A DNA stretch of 64,000 nt from Candidatus Latescibacterota bacterium (lineage in GTDB: Bacteria; Latescibacterota; UBA2968; GCA-2709665): assembly GCA_963667175.2 (NCBI GenBank), contig CAXXXF010000002.1, forward strand, positions 302,195-366,194, read 5' to 3'. The notes beneath the pieces are model-generated. The model worked only from the letters and a program-made list of their open reading frames with translations, had not been told where the DNA came from and did no database searches. Positions 53,253 to 61,294 of this stretch are shown in pieces (position 1 is the first letter of the stretch; each line of letters begins with the position of its first letter). Position numbers and translations under genes: made by a program.

Positions 53253-54659
53253 ATGAAAGCGCAAATCGTCGTTGCCGACGACCAGCCCGAAATCCTGGAG
53301 ATGCTGAGGCGAAGCCTTCAGGTGGATGGCCGGACCGTGAGGACTTTTCCAACGGGCAGAAAGGCGTTTGCATACCTGCGAGAGCACGTTTCGGACGTGG
53401 ATATGGCCGTTCTGGATATCGACTTCGGTCCCACCGAGCCGGACGGTCTGGAAATTCTGAGAAAGATTCGCGACCTCGTGCCGGATTTGCCGGTGATCAT
53501 TCTCACGGGGAAAGGCACCGTGGAGAACGCCGTGGCTGCCCTGCGCATGGGCGCTTCCGACTTTATCGAGAAGGATACCTATATTGAAGACCGGCTTGAA
53601 CTCAGCCTTGAAAAACTCGACCGCGTTCTCGCCGTCCTCAGGGAGAACGCCCGGCTTCAGGCGCGGGTGAAGGATCTGGACCGGGAGAACCGCTACTACC
53701 GGGACGAATTCGGAAAGAAGTACAGGACCGTCAATGCCAGCCCCCAGATGCTGCGGATCATGCGGCAGGCCGAGCGCATTGCTTCGATACCACGGCCGGT
53801 TCTGGTACTCGGCGAACCCGGCACCGGGAAGGAGCTTGTGGCCGCCGCGATTCACTACGGCGGCGTACGCGGCAATCGACCGTTCGTTAAGGTCAATTGC
53901 GCGGCCCTTTCCGCCAACCTGCTGGAAAGCGAACTCTTCGGCCACGAGAAAGGCGCGTTCACCGGAGCGACCGAAGCCCGACCAGGACGGTTTGAAGCGG
54001 CCAACGGCGGTACGCTGTTGCTGGACGAGATCGGCAACACCACACCCGAATTCCAGCAGAACGTCCTTCGCGCCATCGAGTACCAGGAGATTCAACGGGT
54101 GGGCGGGGCCGCGCCCACCAGCGTGGACGTCCGGATCATCGCCGCCACGAATGCCGATCTCGAACGTGAGATTGCCGAAGGCCGCTTTCGCCGGGATCTC
54201 TACGACCGCCTCCGCTTCGAAGTGATCCGCATTCCCCCGCTTCGCGAACGGCGTGAAGACGTCCAGCCGCTTGCCGCGTTCTTCGTCGAGCAAATCGTCC
54301 GGGAGGTGCCGGGACTCACCTTGCGTCCGTTTTCCGACGGCGCCCTCCGACACCTGCAGGGCTACCCGTGGCCCGGAAACGTGCGCGAGCTCAAGTTCGC
54401 CGTCGAACGCGCGGCGATCATGGCCACGGGCGCATCCATCGAATCCCAGGATTTGCCGCCGGAAATCACCAGCGGAGATCCGGCGCCGCCGGGAGACGGG
54501 TTCGACGCTCAGGTCAAAGCCTTTGAGCTCGGGCTGCTCAGAACCGCACTGGGCAACGCGAACTGGAACCAGCGCAAGGCAGCCGAATCGCTCAGTCTGA
54601 GCTACGACCAGTTCCGCCACTTCTACAGGAAGTATGAACTTGCCAATGAAAGAACCTGA
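53253..54659 (+). CDS. Sigma54-dependent activator: receiver domain plus PspF-like AAA+ and HTH
   Basis: REC (ADD, VLD, LTG, EK), GEPGTGKE and GAFTGA; PspF-like [19 protein letters not shown] and [18 protein letters not shown]. Confidence 0.9.
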   Translation: MKAQIVVADDQPEILEMLRRSLQVDGRTVRTFPTGRKAFAYLREHVSDVDMAVLDIDFGPTEPDGLEILRKIRDLVPDLPVIILTGKGTVENAVAALRMGASDFIEKDTYIEDRLELSLEKLDRVLAVLRENARLQARVKDLDRENRYYRDEFGKKYRTVNASPQMLRIMRQAERIASIPRPVLVLGEPGTGKELVAAAIHYGGVRGNRPFVKVNCAALSANLLESELFGHEKGAFTGATEARPGRFEAANGGTLLLDEIGNTTPEFQQNVLRAIEYQEIQRVGGAAPTSVDVRIIAATNADLEREIAEGRFRRDLYDRLRFEVIRIPPLRERREDVQPLAAFFVEQIVREVPGLTLRPFSDGALRHLQGYPWPGNVRELKFAVERAAIMATGASIESQDLPPEITSGDPAPPGDGFDAQVKAFELGLLRTALGNANWNQRKAAESLSLSYDQFRHFYRKYELANERT

Positions 54660-54761
54660 CGTTCGTTATTGTCATAAGGAGCCCCTGGCGCGGCTTCGCT
54701 GTGCTCAGCCGCAACGAAAAAAGGTGGAGGTGAACGTCTGAGCCCGTTGGACGGCGCAATC

Positions 54762-54820
54762 ACTCCCCCCTTGAGGGGGAGTCGCCTGCCTGCGCCAAGC
54801 GGAGCGCGGCAGGCAGGCAG
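54762..54820. repeat. REP-like palindromic elements
   Basis: ACTCCCCCCTTGAGGGGGAGT and CCTGCCTGC...GCAGGCAGG inverted repeats; the latter resembles the core of the MITE. Confidence 0.55.
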
Positions 54821-54966
54821 AAGCCGAGCCGTCAGGCGACGGCTTATGCGGTGGGGGGATTCCAACGCGTGAACGTGAGCAAGAAGCACGAATAAATATG
54901 CACGCATTTTGCGAAGAAGCCTTACCGGAAGATGCTAAGGGAGGGCATGGATTTGACTATTTTCAC

Positions 54967-54994
54967 TTGACGCAGATCATGAATCCGGTATATT
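54967..54994 (+). promoter_or_regulatory. Putative sigma70 promoter
   Basis: TTGACG-N16-TATATT upstream of the 55146 gene. Confidence 0.4.
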
Positions 54995-55145
54995 TGGATC
55001 GAACCTCGCGCTTTGATGCTTATTGCATCTATTCCGGTCCCGGATCTTCTCCGGGAATCCTGCGGGTTCACAATCGGAACGGGACAACACCGCCCGGCTC
55101 GATTGCTCTTCAAGGAAACGGTTTGCCGCTTACGAGGAAACAACA

Positions 55146-56936
55146 ATGAGCGAAGCCGAAAACGGCCCTTGCGGCCTGATTTTCCCCTCAGACGATTCGG
55201 AAGTTTCCCACGTAGAACTGTGCCTTGCGGACGCTGGTTTTTCCAGTGAAGTTCGGGCATGGCTGGTTCAGATATTTGAACGCCAGGACTGTTTTGGCGA
55301 TTCCGGCGGCGCGTCCGTGTTCAGGGACGATTTCGCGCACCTTTTCGAGCACGTCCTTCCCGGTGTCGTGGAAGGGCTGAACGAACCGGATCCATCGGAG
55401 CACCTCGCACAGACCCGCCTCGCGCTCCTCTTCAGTTTTCTGCTTGGCTTCGGACCCGTCTACAGCGAAGGGGTTCGGCCTGGCCGTGGGCTGGTGAAAT
55501 CAGGTGAAGACTGGGTTGTTCCCGCGTGGGTTGGCGCGTTTCAAAGGCAGGCGAAATTTCGAGCACAACGCCTGGATTGGCGCAAGCTCGTGGAGATAAG
55601 AAACGCGCGCGCTTTCCTGTTCTTCGACCTCGTTCCATTTCTCTTTCCCGAAGGCCTGCCGCTGGATCAGATCGTCAATCCGGCCTTGTTGAATCCGATA
55701 CCGCGAGAGGAGTGGTCCAGTACGGATTTTGAAGACCCCGATCAGCTCGAATTCTGGCTCAAATGGCGTTTCGCCGCAGACTCGGAACGTCGTGAGATCA
55801 TAAACCTGAACACCCTGGAAGCGGCGTTTTCCGATTTTGCGGAGGATGTTCTGGGCGACCGGATTCTCGGACTCCTGAATGCGATCGAATGTGCGATGAG
55901 CATTGGATTTGCGTCGGCTTCGGAACGTCTGAATCCTTCGGGTGACGGGTGGCGGGTGGTTTCGCGTGAACTAATCCCGTACCTGGACCTTCTGAGTGAG
56001 AAACGGCCCGAGTCCGGGTCAGAGCGATCTTCGTTGCTCAAAGCCTGGTGGCGGTTGTCGGCGGCGATTTACTACAGGGGTATGGGTGGGCTGGAACCGG
56101 ATCTCTCCGACGAACTGAGAAACCGGCTTGTGGACAGCGCCGCCAGGCACGTCGGCATGCTGCGGAAGGTGTTGCGAGAGACGCCTGAGGAATTTACGGG
56201 AAGGGATTCGACGGGCGCGCCGGTTGCGGATTTCTACGAAAGAGCCTTTGAGGCGCTGATCGTTTTCGCCGCGCCCTGGAAATGCTTGAGGTCCCTCCTG
56301 CTGGCTTTCGCGGAGATGCGGGTTCCCGCCGTTGCATCGGACCTTCGGCCGTGGCCCGATGCTGACAGAGAACCTCCGCCGCATCCCTACAGTCGAATCC
56401 CGACGTGGATCGGAATCGCCATGTATCCGCAGCATCTTCGGGATGAACTCAGACGGGACCCGCACTTGAAGGGATTGCGTGAAGCATTTGCCAAATTCTG
56501 CCTCGAACGGCTCAAGACCCGGAGAACCGATGCTGAGCCGACCAGACAAACGGACCATCCCGCGGACGAACGATTCGTCGAACCCCGCCGAGCGTGGAGA
56601 CAGTGCTACGTGCAGGCGCTGGCGGCATTGCGAGTCAATCCCGGCGGGCGGGCGCACAGAACGCTGTTCTGGCTTTCCAGGAACGATCCTGATGAAACGA
56701 TCCGAACACTCGCGAGAAGGGCGCACGGCCGGATTCGTCATCTCAGTCCCGACAGGCCAAATCGGAATCGGGGCGCCTCGCCTCGTCGAGCCCTGTTCGA
56801 AGCCTTCTGGTGGCTCCGCCAGGCGCATCTCCTGACACTTGGAATAGAGATCGACCAGGCGGGCGCCATGCGAACGCGAAGAACGGAATTGCATCGGACA
56901 CGAGAGAAGCGTGATCGCCTCGATGGGCAGGCGTAG
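55146..56936 (+). CDS. Large hypothetical alpha-helical protein upstream of the viperin unit
   Basis: GAGGA RBS before ATG 55146; 596 codons; HEAT-like C-terminal segment (LSRNDPDETIRTLA); no catalytic motif recognised. Confidence 0.75.
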   Translation: MSEAENGPCGLIFPSDDSEVSHVELCLADAGFSSEVRAWLVQIFERQDCFGDSGGASVFRDDFAHLFEHVLPGVVEGLNEPDPSEHLAQTRLALLFSFLLGFGPVYSEGVRPGRGLVKSGEDWVVPAWVGAFQRQAKFRAQRLDWRKLVEIRNARAFLFFDLVPFLFPEGLPLDQIVNPALLNPIPREEWSSTDFEDPDQLEFWLKWRFAADSERREIINLNTLEAAFSDFAEDVLGDRILGLLNAIECAMSIGFASASERLNPSGDGWRVVSRELIPYLDLLSEKRPESGSERSSLLKAWWRLSAAIYYRGMGGLEPDLSDELRNRLVDSAARHVGMLRKVLRETPEEFTGRDSTGAPVADFYERAFEALIVFAAPWKCLRSLLLAFAEMRVPAVASDLRPWPDADREPPPHPYSRIPTWIGIAMYPQHLRDELRRDPHLKGLREAFAKFCLERLKTRRTDAEPTRQTDHPADERFVEPRRAWRQCYVQALAALRVNPGGRAHRTLFWLSRNDPDETIRTLARRAHGRIRHLSPDRPNRNRGASPRRALFEAFWWLRQAHLLTLGIEIDQAGAMRTRRTELHRTREKRDRLDGQA

Positions 56937-57066
56937 TTGACCAACGACAACACTTTAGATGGCAAATTACACCAAGTACAAGGAAGTGGCCGGTGTATTC
57001 ATTTCCATAAGATAATTATTATAAATGACTTAATTGAAATACAGAAGTATTGGCATAATTCTTGCA
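56930..57066 (+). promoter_or_regulatory. Sigma54 promoter with PspF-type upstream sites and an IHF-like site, in front of the small gene/viperin
   Basis: TTGGCATAATTCTTGCA (GG 57052-53, N10, GC 57064-65); GGCGTAGTTGACCAA (56930) and GGCAAATTACACCAA (56961); TATAAATGACTTA (57020) is one mismatch from the IHF consensus. Confidence 0.72.
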
Positions 57067-57172
57067 TTTAATGGATGGAGATTCCGTAGAGTAACCCGGT
57101 CTGCTCATCAATTGGGAACCAAAGTGTCCCCCAGGGCCGGCCCGATTCCACGAGAAAGGAGGTGAAAAGAAA

Positions 57173-57355
57173 ATGGCCAAATCAAGCGGGAATAGAGGCT
57201 CGCAAGCCGATCGTGACAATCGCGCCAATCAGCTGAATCCCAACAACGATGCATATCGGAAGGCGCGCGGCATTGCGAACTTGCCCAGCAAGACCGGAAA
57301 TCCTTCCGGCCGCGGCCGCGGCAATGCCGCGCCCAGGGGAGGTAAGGGCAAATGA
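57173..57355 (+). CDS. 60-aa basic Gly/Asn-rich protein with a DNRANQLNPNNDAY motif
   Basis: Very strong RBS (GAAAGGAGGTGA); MAKSSGNRGSQADRDNRANQLNPNNDAYRKARG...RGGKGK. Confidence 0.75.
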   Translation: MAKSSGNRGSQADRDNRANQLNPNNDAYRKARGIANLPSKTGNPSGRGRGNAAPRGGKGK

Positions 57356-57361
57356 TGTATC

Positions 57362-57430
57362 GGCGCAGGGGCTGGCCATTGCCCGGCACGGACGTTTGCA
57401 ATCGGTCAATCCCTGCCCGCCTTTTCGTTT
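57362..57430 (+). terminator. Long hairpin with U-tract between the small gene and viperin
   Basis: GCAGGG..TGGCCATTGC pairs with GCAAT(C)GGTCA..CCCTGC, followed by TTTTCGTTT. Confidence 0.5.
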
Positions 57431-57564
57431 CGCCAGATGCGTCGCACTTCGAGGCTCAATAGCCTCGCGCCTGATCCCCACCGGATTGTGCTACGACGCA
57501 TCCTTTCAGGACAACCGGAACGGCAACATCGTTCCTTTAATGTCAAATGAGAAAGGAGTTTAAA

Positions 57565-58461
57565 ATGGCCTTCGGCAATTTGCCATCTCCCTTGCAGCAG
57601 AAAATCCCATCAGTCAACTTCCATCTCTGGGAACCATGCAACATGCGTTGCAGGTTCTGTTTTGCTACGTTTCAAGACGTAAAGCGTGATATGAACCTGC
57701 CAAAAGGTCATCTGCCCAAGGATGATTGTATCGTAGTTGTAGAGAAACTTGCCGAAGCGGGCTTTGATAAGATTAATTTCGCCGGTGGAGAACCCACACT
57801 TTGCCCATGGTTGTCTGATTTAATCAGGCGGGCGAAATCTCACGGAATGGTCACTTCCGTCGTTACAAACGGATCGAGGATTACCGATCAGTGGCTGGGC
57901 AGTCTGTATAGGTGTCTTGATTGGATCGCCCTGAGCATTGACACCGTTGACTCGGGTAAATTGAAACGACTGGGGCGTGCAATCGGCGGCAAAGATGCCA
58001 TTTCCCCGGAAGAGTATCTTCGCATTGCCAGCGACGTAAAGCGACGCGGGATTCGGCTGAAAGTCAATACTGTCGTTACTTCCATTACGTGGCTGGACGA
58101 TTTTGCCGACTTTATACGGCTGTTAAAACCCGAACGCTGGAAGATATTTCAGGCACTTCCCGTCAAGGGCCAAAACGACCGGCATATTGCTGATTTCGCG
58201 CTTACAGCAAAGCAATTTGACGCGTACGTTCAACGCAATCGCATCGTCAGGGAGGAGAGCATCCGCGTCGTCCCCGAGAGCAATGAACTGATGACTGAGA
58301 GTTACACAATGGTTGATCCTGCGGGACGATTTTTCGACAACGCAAAGGGCGCCCATTCCTACAGTGACCCCATCCTGGAGGTTGGGATTGACGCGGCCTT
58401 GAAGTCCGTGTCGATCGACCCTGATCGGTTTCTTCGGAGGGGAGGAAAGTATGACTGGTAA
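57565..58461 (+). CDS. Prokaryotic viperin (antiviral radical SAM ddhNTP synthase, pVip)
   Basis: SVNFHLWEPCNMRCRFCFATF (N-Phi-H-X4-CX3CX2CF), KINFAGGEP, VTNGS, WIALSID, KVNTVV, PERWKIFQ..GQND and PESNELMTESYTMVDPAGRF; AAGGAG RBS before ATG 57565. Confidence 0.93.
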   Translation: MAFGNLPSPLQQKIPSVNFHLWEPCNMRCRFCFATFQDVKRDMNLPKGHLPKDDCIVVVEKLAEAGFDKINFAGGEPTLCPWLSDLIRRAKSHGMVTSVVTNGSRITDQWLGSLYRCLDWIALSIDTVDSGKLKRLGRAIGGKDAISPEEYLRIASDVKRRGIRLKVNTVVTSITWLDDFADFIRLLKPERWKIFQALPVKGQNDRHIADFALTAKQFDAYVQRNRIVREESIRVVPESNELMTESYTMVDPAGRFFDNAKGAHSYSDPILEVGIDAALKSVSIDPDRFLRRGGKYDW

Positions 58462-59044
58462 ATTCATCGTCATCTAAAGCCCTGATGCAGTCGGCAAATC
58501 TACCCTAGCGCGCGAATTGGCCAATCGGCTTGGCGCGGAGCTGCTCGAATGCCCTCCACGGTTGGAGGCCCCCGGGTTATTGGGGGCGGAGCTGCGGAGT
58601 CATTTCGACAAACGACCTGCCGAACAGCGGCGCGCTTACTACCGGGCGGCGAATCTCGTCGCTAGTGAAATTGCCGAAGGTACACTGCAGGAGAAGCATG
58701 TCGTGATGGACCGTTATTGGCCGAGTACGGTTGCTTTCGCCACAATGGACGTTGACTCAAACGGTTACCGGAAATGGCAGGGTCTTTATCCGCCGGAACT
58801 CCGCAAGCCGGATGCAGTTGTCCTGCTTACGGTAGATGAGGAGAATCGTTCGAAGAGGATGCGGAAGCGCGGTGAACCTGCCACGACCGAGGAGCAGTCC
58901 CTCGACGAACACCTTGCACACCGCAATAACATACTTTGCGCGTACCGCAAATTCAACCCGATCGAGATCGATACGAGCAATCGCAAGCCTGGTGACGTCC
59001 GTGAAGCTACCCTCGATGAACTTCGCAGTGCAAGGTTGTTTTAA
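58451..59044 (+). pseudogene. CMPK2-like/thymidylate-kinase-family nucleotide kinase with an in-frame TAA at codon 9
   Basis: From ATG 58451 it reads MTGKFIVI*SPDAVGKSTLARELANR, in frame with ORF 58517-59044 (RRAYYRAAN, VVMDRYWPST, ELRKPDAVVLLTV..ENRSKRMRKRG). Confidence 0.8.
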
Positions 59045-59060
59045 CTGAACTCCCATCTCC

Positions 59061-59091
59061 AACGCCCCCGGCGATGTTCGCCGGGGGCGTT
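59061..59091. terminator. Perfect GC-rich hairpin after the kinase
   Basis: AACGCCCCCGGCGA-tgt-TCGCCGGGGGCGTT. Confidence 0.6.
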
Positions 59092-59140
59092 GGTCGGGCG
59101 GGGTTCACCAGCATCTCCCAATCGCTACCGCATAATCTTC

Positions 59141-59220
59141 GTAGGGGCAACCCTTGTGGTTGCCCTGGTTAATGCGTACGCCCACGGACGCCGATGCGGG
59201 CGGGACGCCCGCGCTCCCAG
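59141..59220. repeat. REP-like elements (GTAG-type and GCGGGCGGGACGCCCGC-type)
   Basis: GTAGGGGCAACCCTTGTGGTTGCCCT and GCGGGCGGGACGCCCGCGCTCCCAG palindromes. Confidence 0.6.
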
Positions 59221-59488
59221 GGGAGCGACGCGGCGAATGGCCGGTGGCTGGAAGGAAAGCGTCAATAAACGACGGCGAGACGCCCTGACGACGTTTGTCG
59301 GGGCGTTCGTTTTTTTTGATTCGAAGAATCCACAAACAAGATGGTTTCGGCAGTACGGGTATTGCGTTATATTGTGGTCGTCTGAATTCAACGAAGAAAC
59401 CAGGCTGCGATTCGTTTTCCACCTGGATCTGATAAAGGCATCGAAGACCGCGTGCAGCGCGTGGTCGGGCGAGCGGTATGGACCAGAT

Positions 59489-59830
59489 ATGTTCAAGGAA
59501 CTGGACGTAATCGCGCTTACAGCCGAAGTTCCACTCGATCACATTTGGGATGTCCCGGACACCAGCCCGCTGATTGAGAAACGCAATCCGGGGGACGGGC
59601 TGAAAGTCGGCGACGTCGGCACGATTGTATGTATCCAGGGCAACGGGGAAGCCCTCGAAGTCGAATTTCTGGGTCCGGACGGCAACACGATGGCTATTGC
59701 CACGATTTCGCCATCACAGGCCCGACTGGCCACGGAAGAAGATCTCACGAAGCGATCTCTTCTGAAGGAAGTCGGCAGTCCGGCCTTATCACGGCCTCAT
59801 GAAAGAATGGGAAAGAAAGAGCCACTGTGA
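59489..59830 (+). CDS. DUF4926-like domain protein
   Basis: MFKELDVIALT...GLKVGDVGTIV...EALEVEFLGPDGNT pattern. Confidence 0.7.
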   Translation: MFKELDVIALTAEVPLDHIWDVPDTSPLIEKRNPGDGLKVGDVGTIVCIQGNGEALEVEFLGPDGNTMAIATISPSQARLATEEDLTKRSLLKEVGSPALSRPHERMGKKEPL

Positions 59831-59994
59831 GGATCGTGAATTCATCGCGCCCGCCAGGTTGCGGTTCGTCCTGGCGTTCGGTGTGTTGAGCGATAATGCG
59901 AGACTGCCAACCCGTCATGGGAATTCCCGTGGACAGTCTCTACCGGCGGGTTTCTGCGTTCTAGATACGTGAATCCGGTTGCAGGGGAGGTGCT

Positions 59995-60807
59995 ATGAAC
60001 GTTGCCGTATTCGGCGCGGCAGGCTGGCTCGGGCGGGCGGCGCTGGCCGCTCTGGACGAGAACCATCGAATCCGGGCGTTCGACTACGGTCCTCCGGCCT
60101 GGCAAGCCTGGAACGATACCGACGGTGAATGGACGGGCGGCGAGGTCGTTCATGGCGATATCGTGGAATTTGAACCCGTCCACCGCGCCGTTGAGGGAAT
60201 GGACGCGGTCCTGCACATGGCGGTGTACCATTCGGACGAACCCGGCGCCCACGGCGTCGACGACAGGAAGCCCTTCCTCATCAACGTGAAGGGCCTCTGG
60301 AACGTGCTGGAATCCGCCCGCCGGCACGGCATCGGGCGGATCGTGCACATCGGCTCCTGTCAGACCGCCCACCCGAAAGGGATCTTCTTCACGGCCGACG
60401 TCAGGCGGCCCGACGGCGGCCTCTACGGCGTCACGAAACGTCTTCAGGAAGAAATGTGCCGGCAGTTCCACGACGCGTTCGGTCTCCGCATTATCGTACT
60501 CCGGCCGGACTACATCGTCGACAGCAGACTCGGCATCGGCCGGTACAGGGAAAGACTGGGTACCGAAGAGCGCCCCTACCGACAGGGCTGGGTCTGCCGG
60601 CACGACCTTGCGGAGGCTTGCCGCCTGAGCCTGGAATCCGAAACCATCGATTTCGACGTTTTCCACGTCGTGGGGACACCCGGCGCCGAGAGGACCTGCA
60701 ACGTCGCACGGTCCCGAGATATCCTCGGCCTTGAATACCGGGGAAATCTGGAACAGTACCGAACCGGCGACGACGTGGAAAAGAGAGACAGCCACGATCT
60801 GAAATAA
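59995..60807 (+). CDS. NAD-dependent epimerase/dehydratase family protein
   Basis: GAAGWLG, DAVLHMA, INVKGLWNVLE and YGVTK (YxxxK) motifs. Confidence 0.88.
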   Translation: MNVAVFGAAGWLGRAALAALDENHRIRAFDYGPPAWQAWNDTDGEWTGGEVVHGDIVEFEPVHRAVEGMDAVLHMAVYHSDEPGAHGVDDRKPFLINVKGLWNVLESARRHGIGRIVHIGSCQTAHPKGIFFTADVRRPDGGLYGVTKRLQEEMCRQFHDAFGLRIIVLRPDYIVDSRLGIGRYRERLGTEERPYRQGWVCRHDLAEACRLSLESETIDFDVFHVVGTPGAERTCNVARSRDILGLEYRGNLEQYRTGDDVEKRDSHDLK

Positions 60808-60822
60808 CGAAAGGAGACGTCA

Positions 60823-61248
60823 ATGTCCGCCGAATCCAATGCGCAGATTGCCCGGGAGTCCCTCGAAGCCGCCTTTTCCTGTGACTGGAAGCGACTTCGC
60901 GAAACCTACGCCGACGACGCGACCATGGTCGGCGGCGCACTTAACATCCGGGGCGCCGATAACATGGTGGCGCTCTGGCAGGGCTGTCACGAGGAAGAGC
61001 GGGACATGCGTCTCGAGATTCTCAATATCGTCGCAGACCACGACATGGCCGCCGTGGAGTTTCACTTCAGGGGTATCGTAAACCAGCCCCTTCCCGGGCT
61101 GCCCGATGCAATGTACGGCAAACATCTGGATGCCACCGAAGTGCATATGTGCCGGATTCAGAACGGAAAAATTGCCGCCGTGACGATCTACGGCGGCGTC
61201 CTGGAATCCCCCGACGTCCCACTCAAGCGGGTCTGGGTGGCCGAATAA
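60823..61248 (+). CDS. SnoaL-like/NTF2-family protein
   Basis: AAGGAG RBS; YADDA, IRGADN, NIVADHDMAAVE and NGKI motifs. Confidence 0.75.
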   Translation: MSAESNAQIARESLEAAFSCDWKRLRETYADDATMVGGALNIRGADNMVALWQGCHEEERDMRLEILNIVADHDMAAVEFHFRGIVNQPLPGLPDAMYGKHLDATEVHMCRIQNGKIAAVTIYGGVLESPDVPLKRVWVAE

Positions 61249-61294
61249 CGGCCCGGATGGACTTTATCGACGGGCTGAGAGGGAAACCGGTTGA

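Noticed and set aside
52593-54620. 675-aa minus-strand ORF
   Set aside because: Shadow of the kinase and activator genes.
57384-57400. CGGCACGGACGTTTGCA as a second sigma54 promoter for viperin
   Set aside because: GG-to-GC spacing is 11 nt rather than the strict 10, and it lies within the hairpin.
58475-58477. Programmed recoding of the kinase stop codon
   Set aside because: The codon is TAA, other genes use TAA as a normal stop, and the next codon is also mutated; pseudogenisation or an error is simpler.
59090-59488. N-terminal extension of the 246-aa ORF
   Set aside because: It translates REP and terminator sequence; the true start is more likely ATG 59489.
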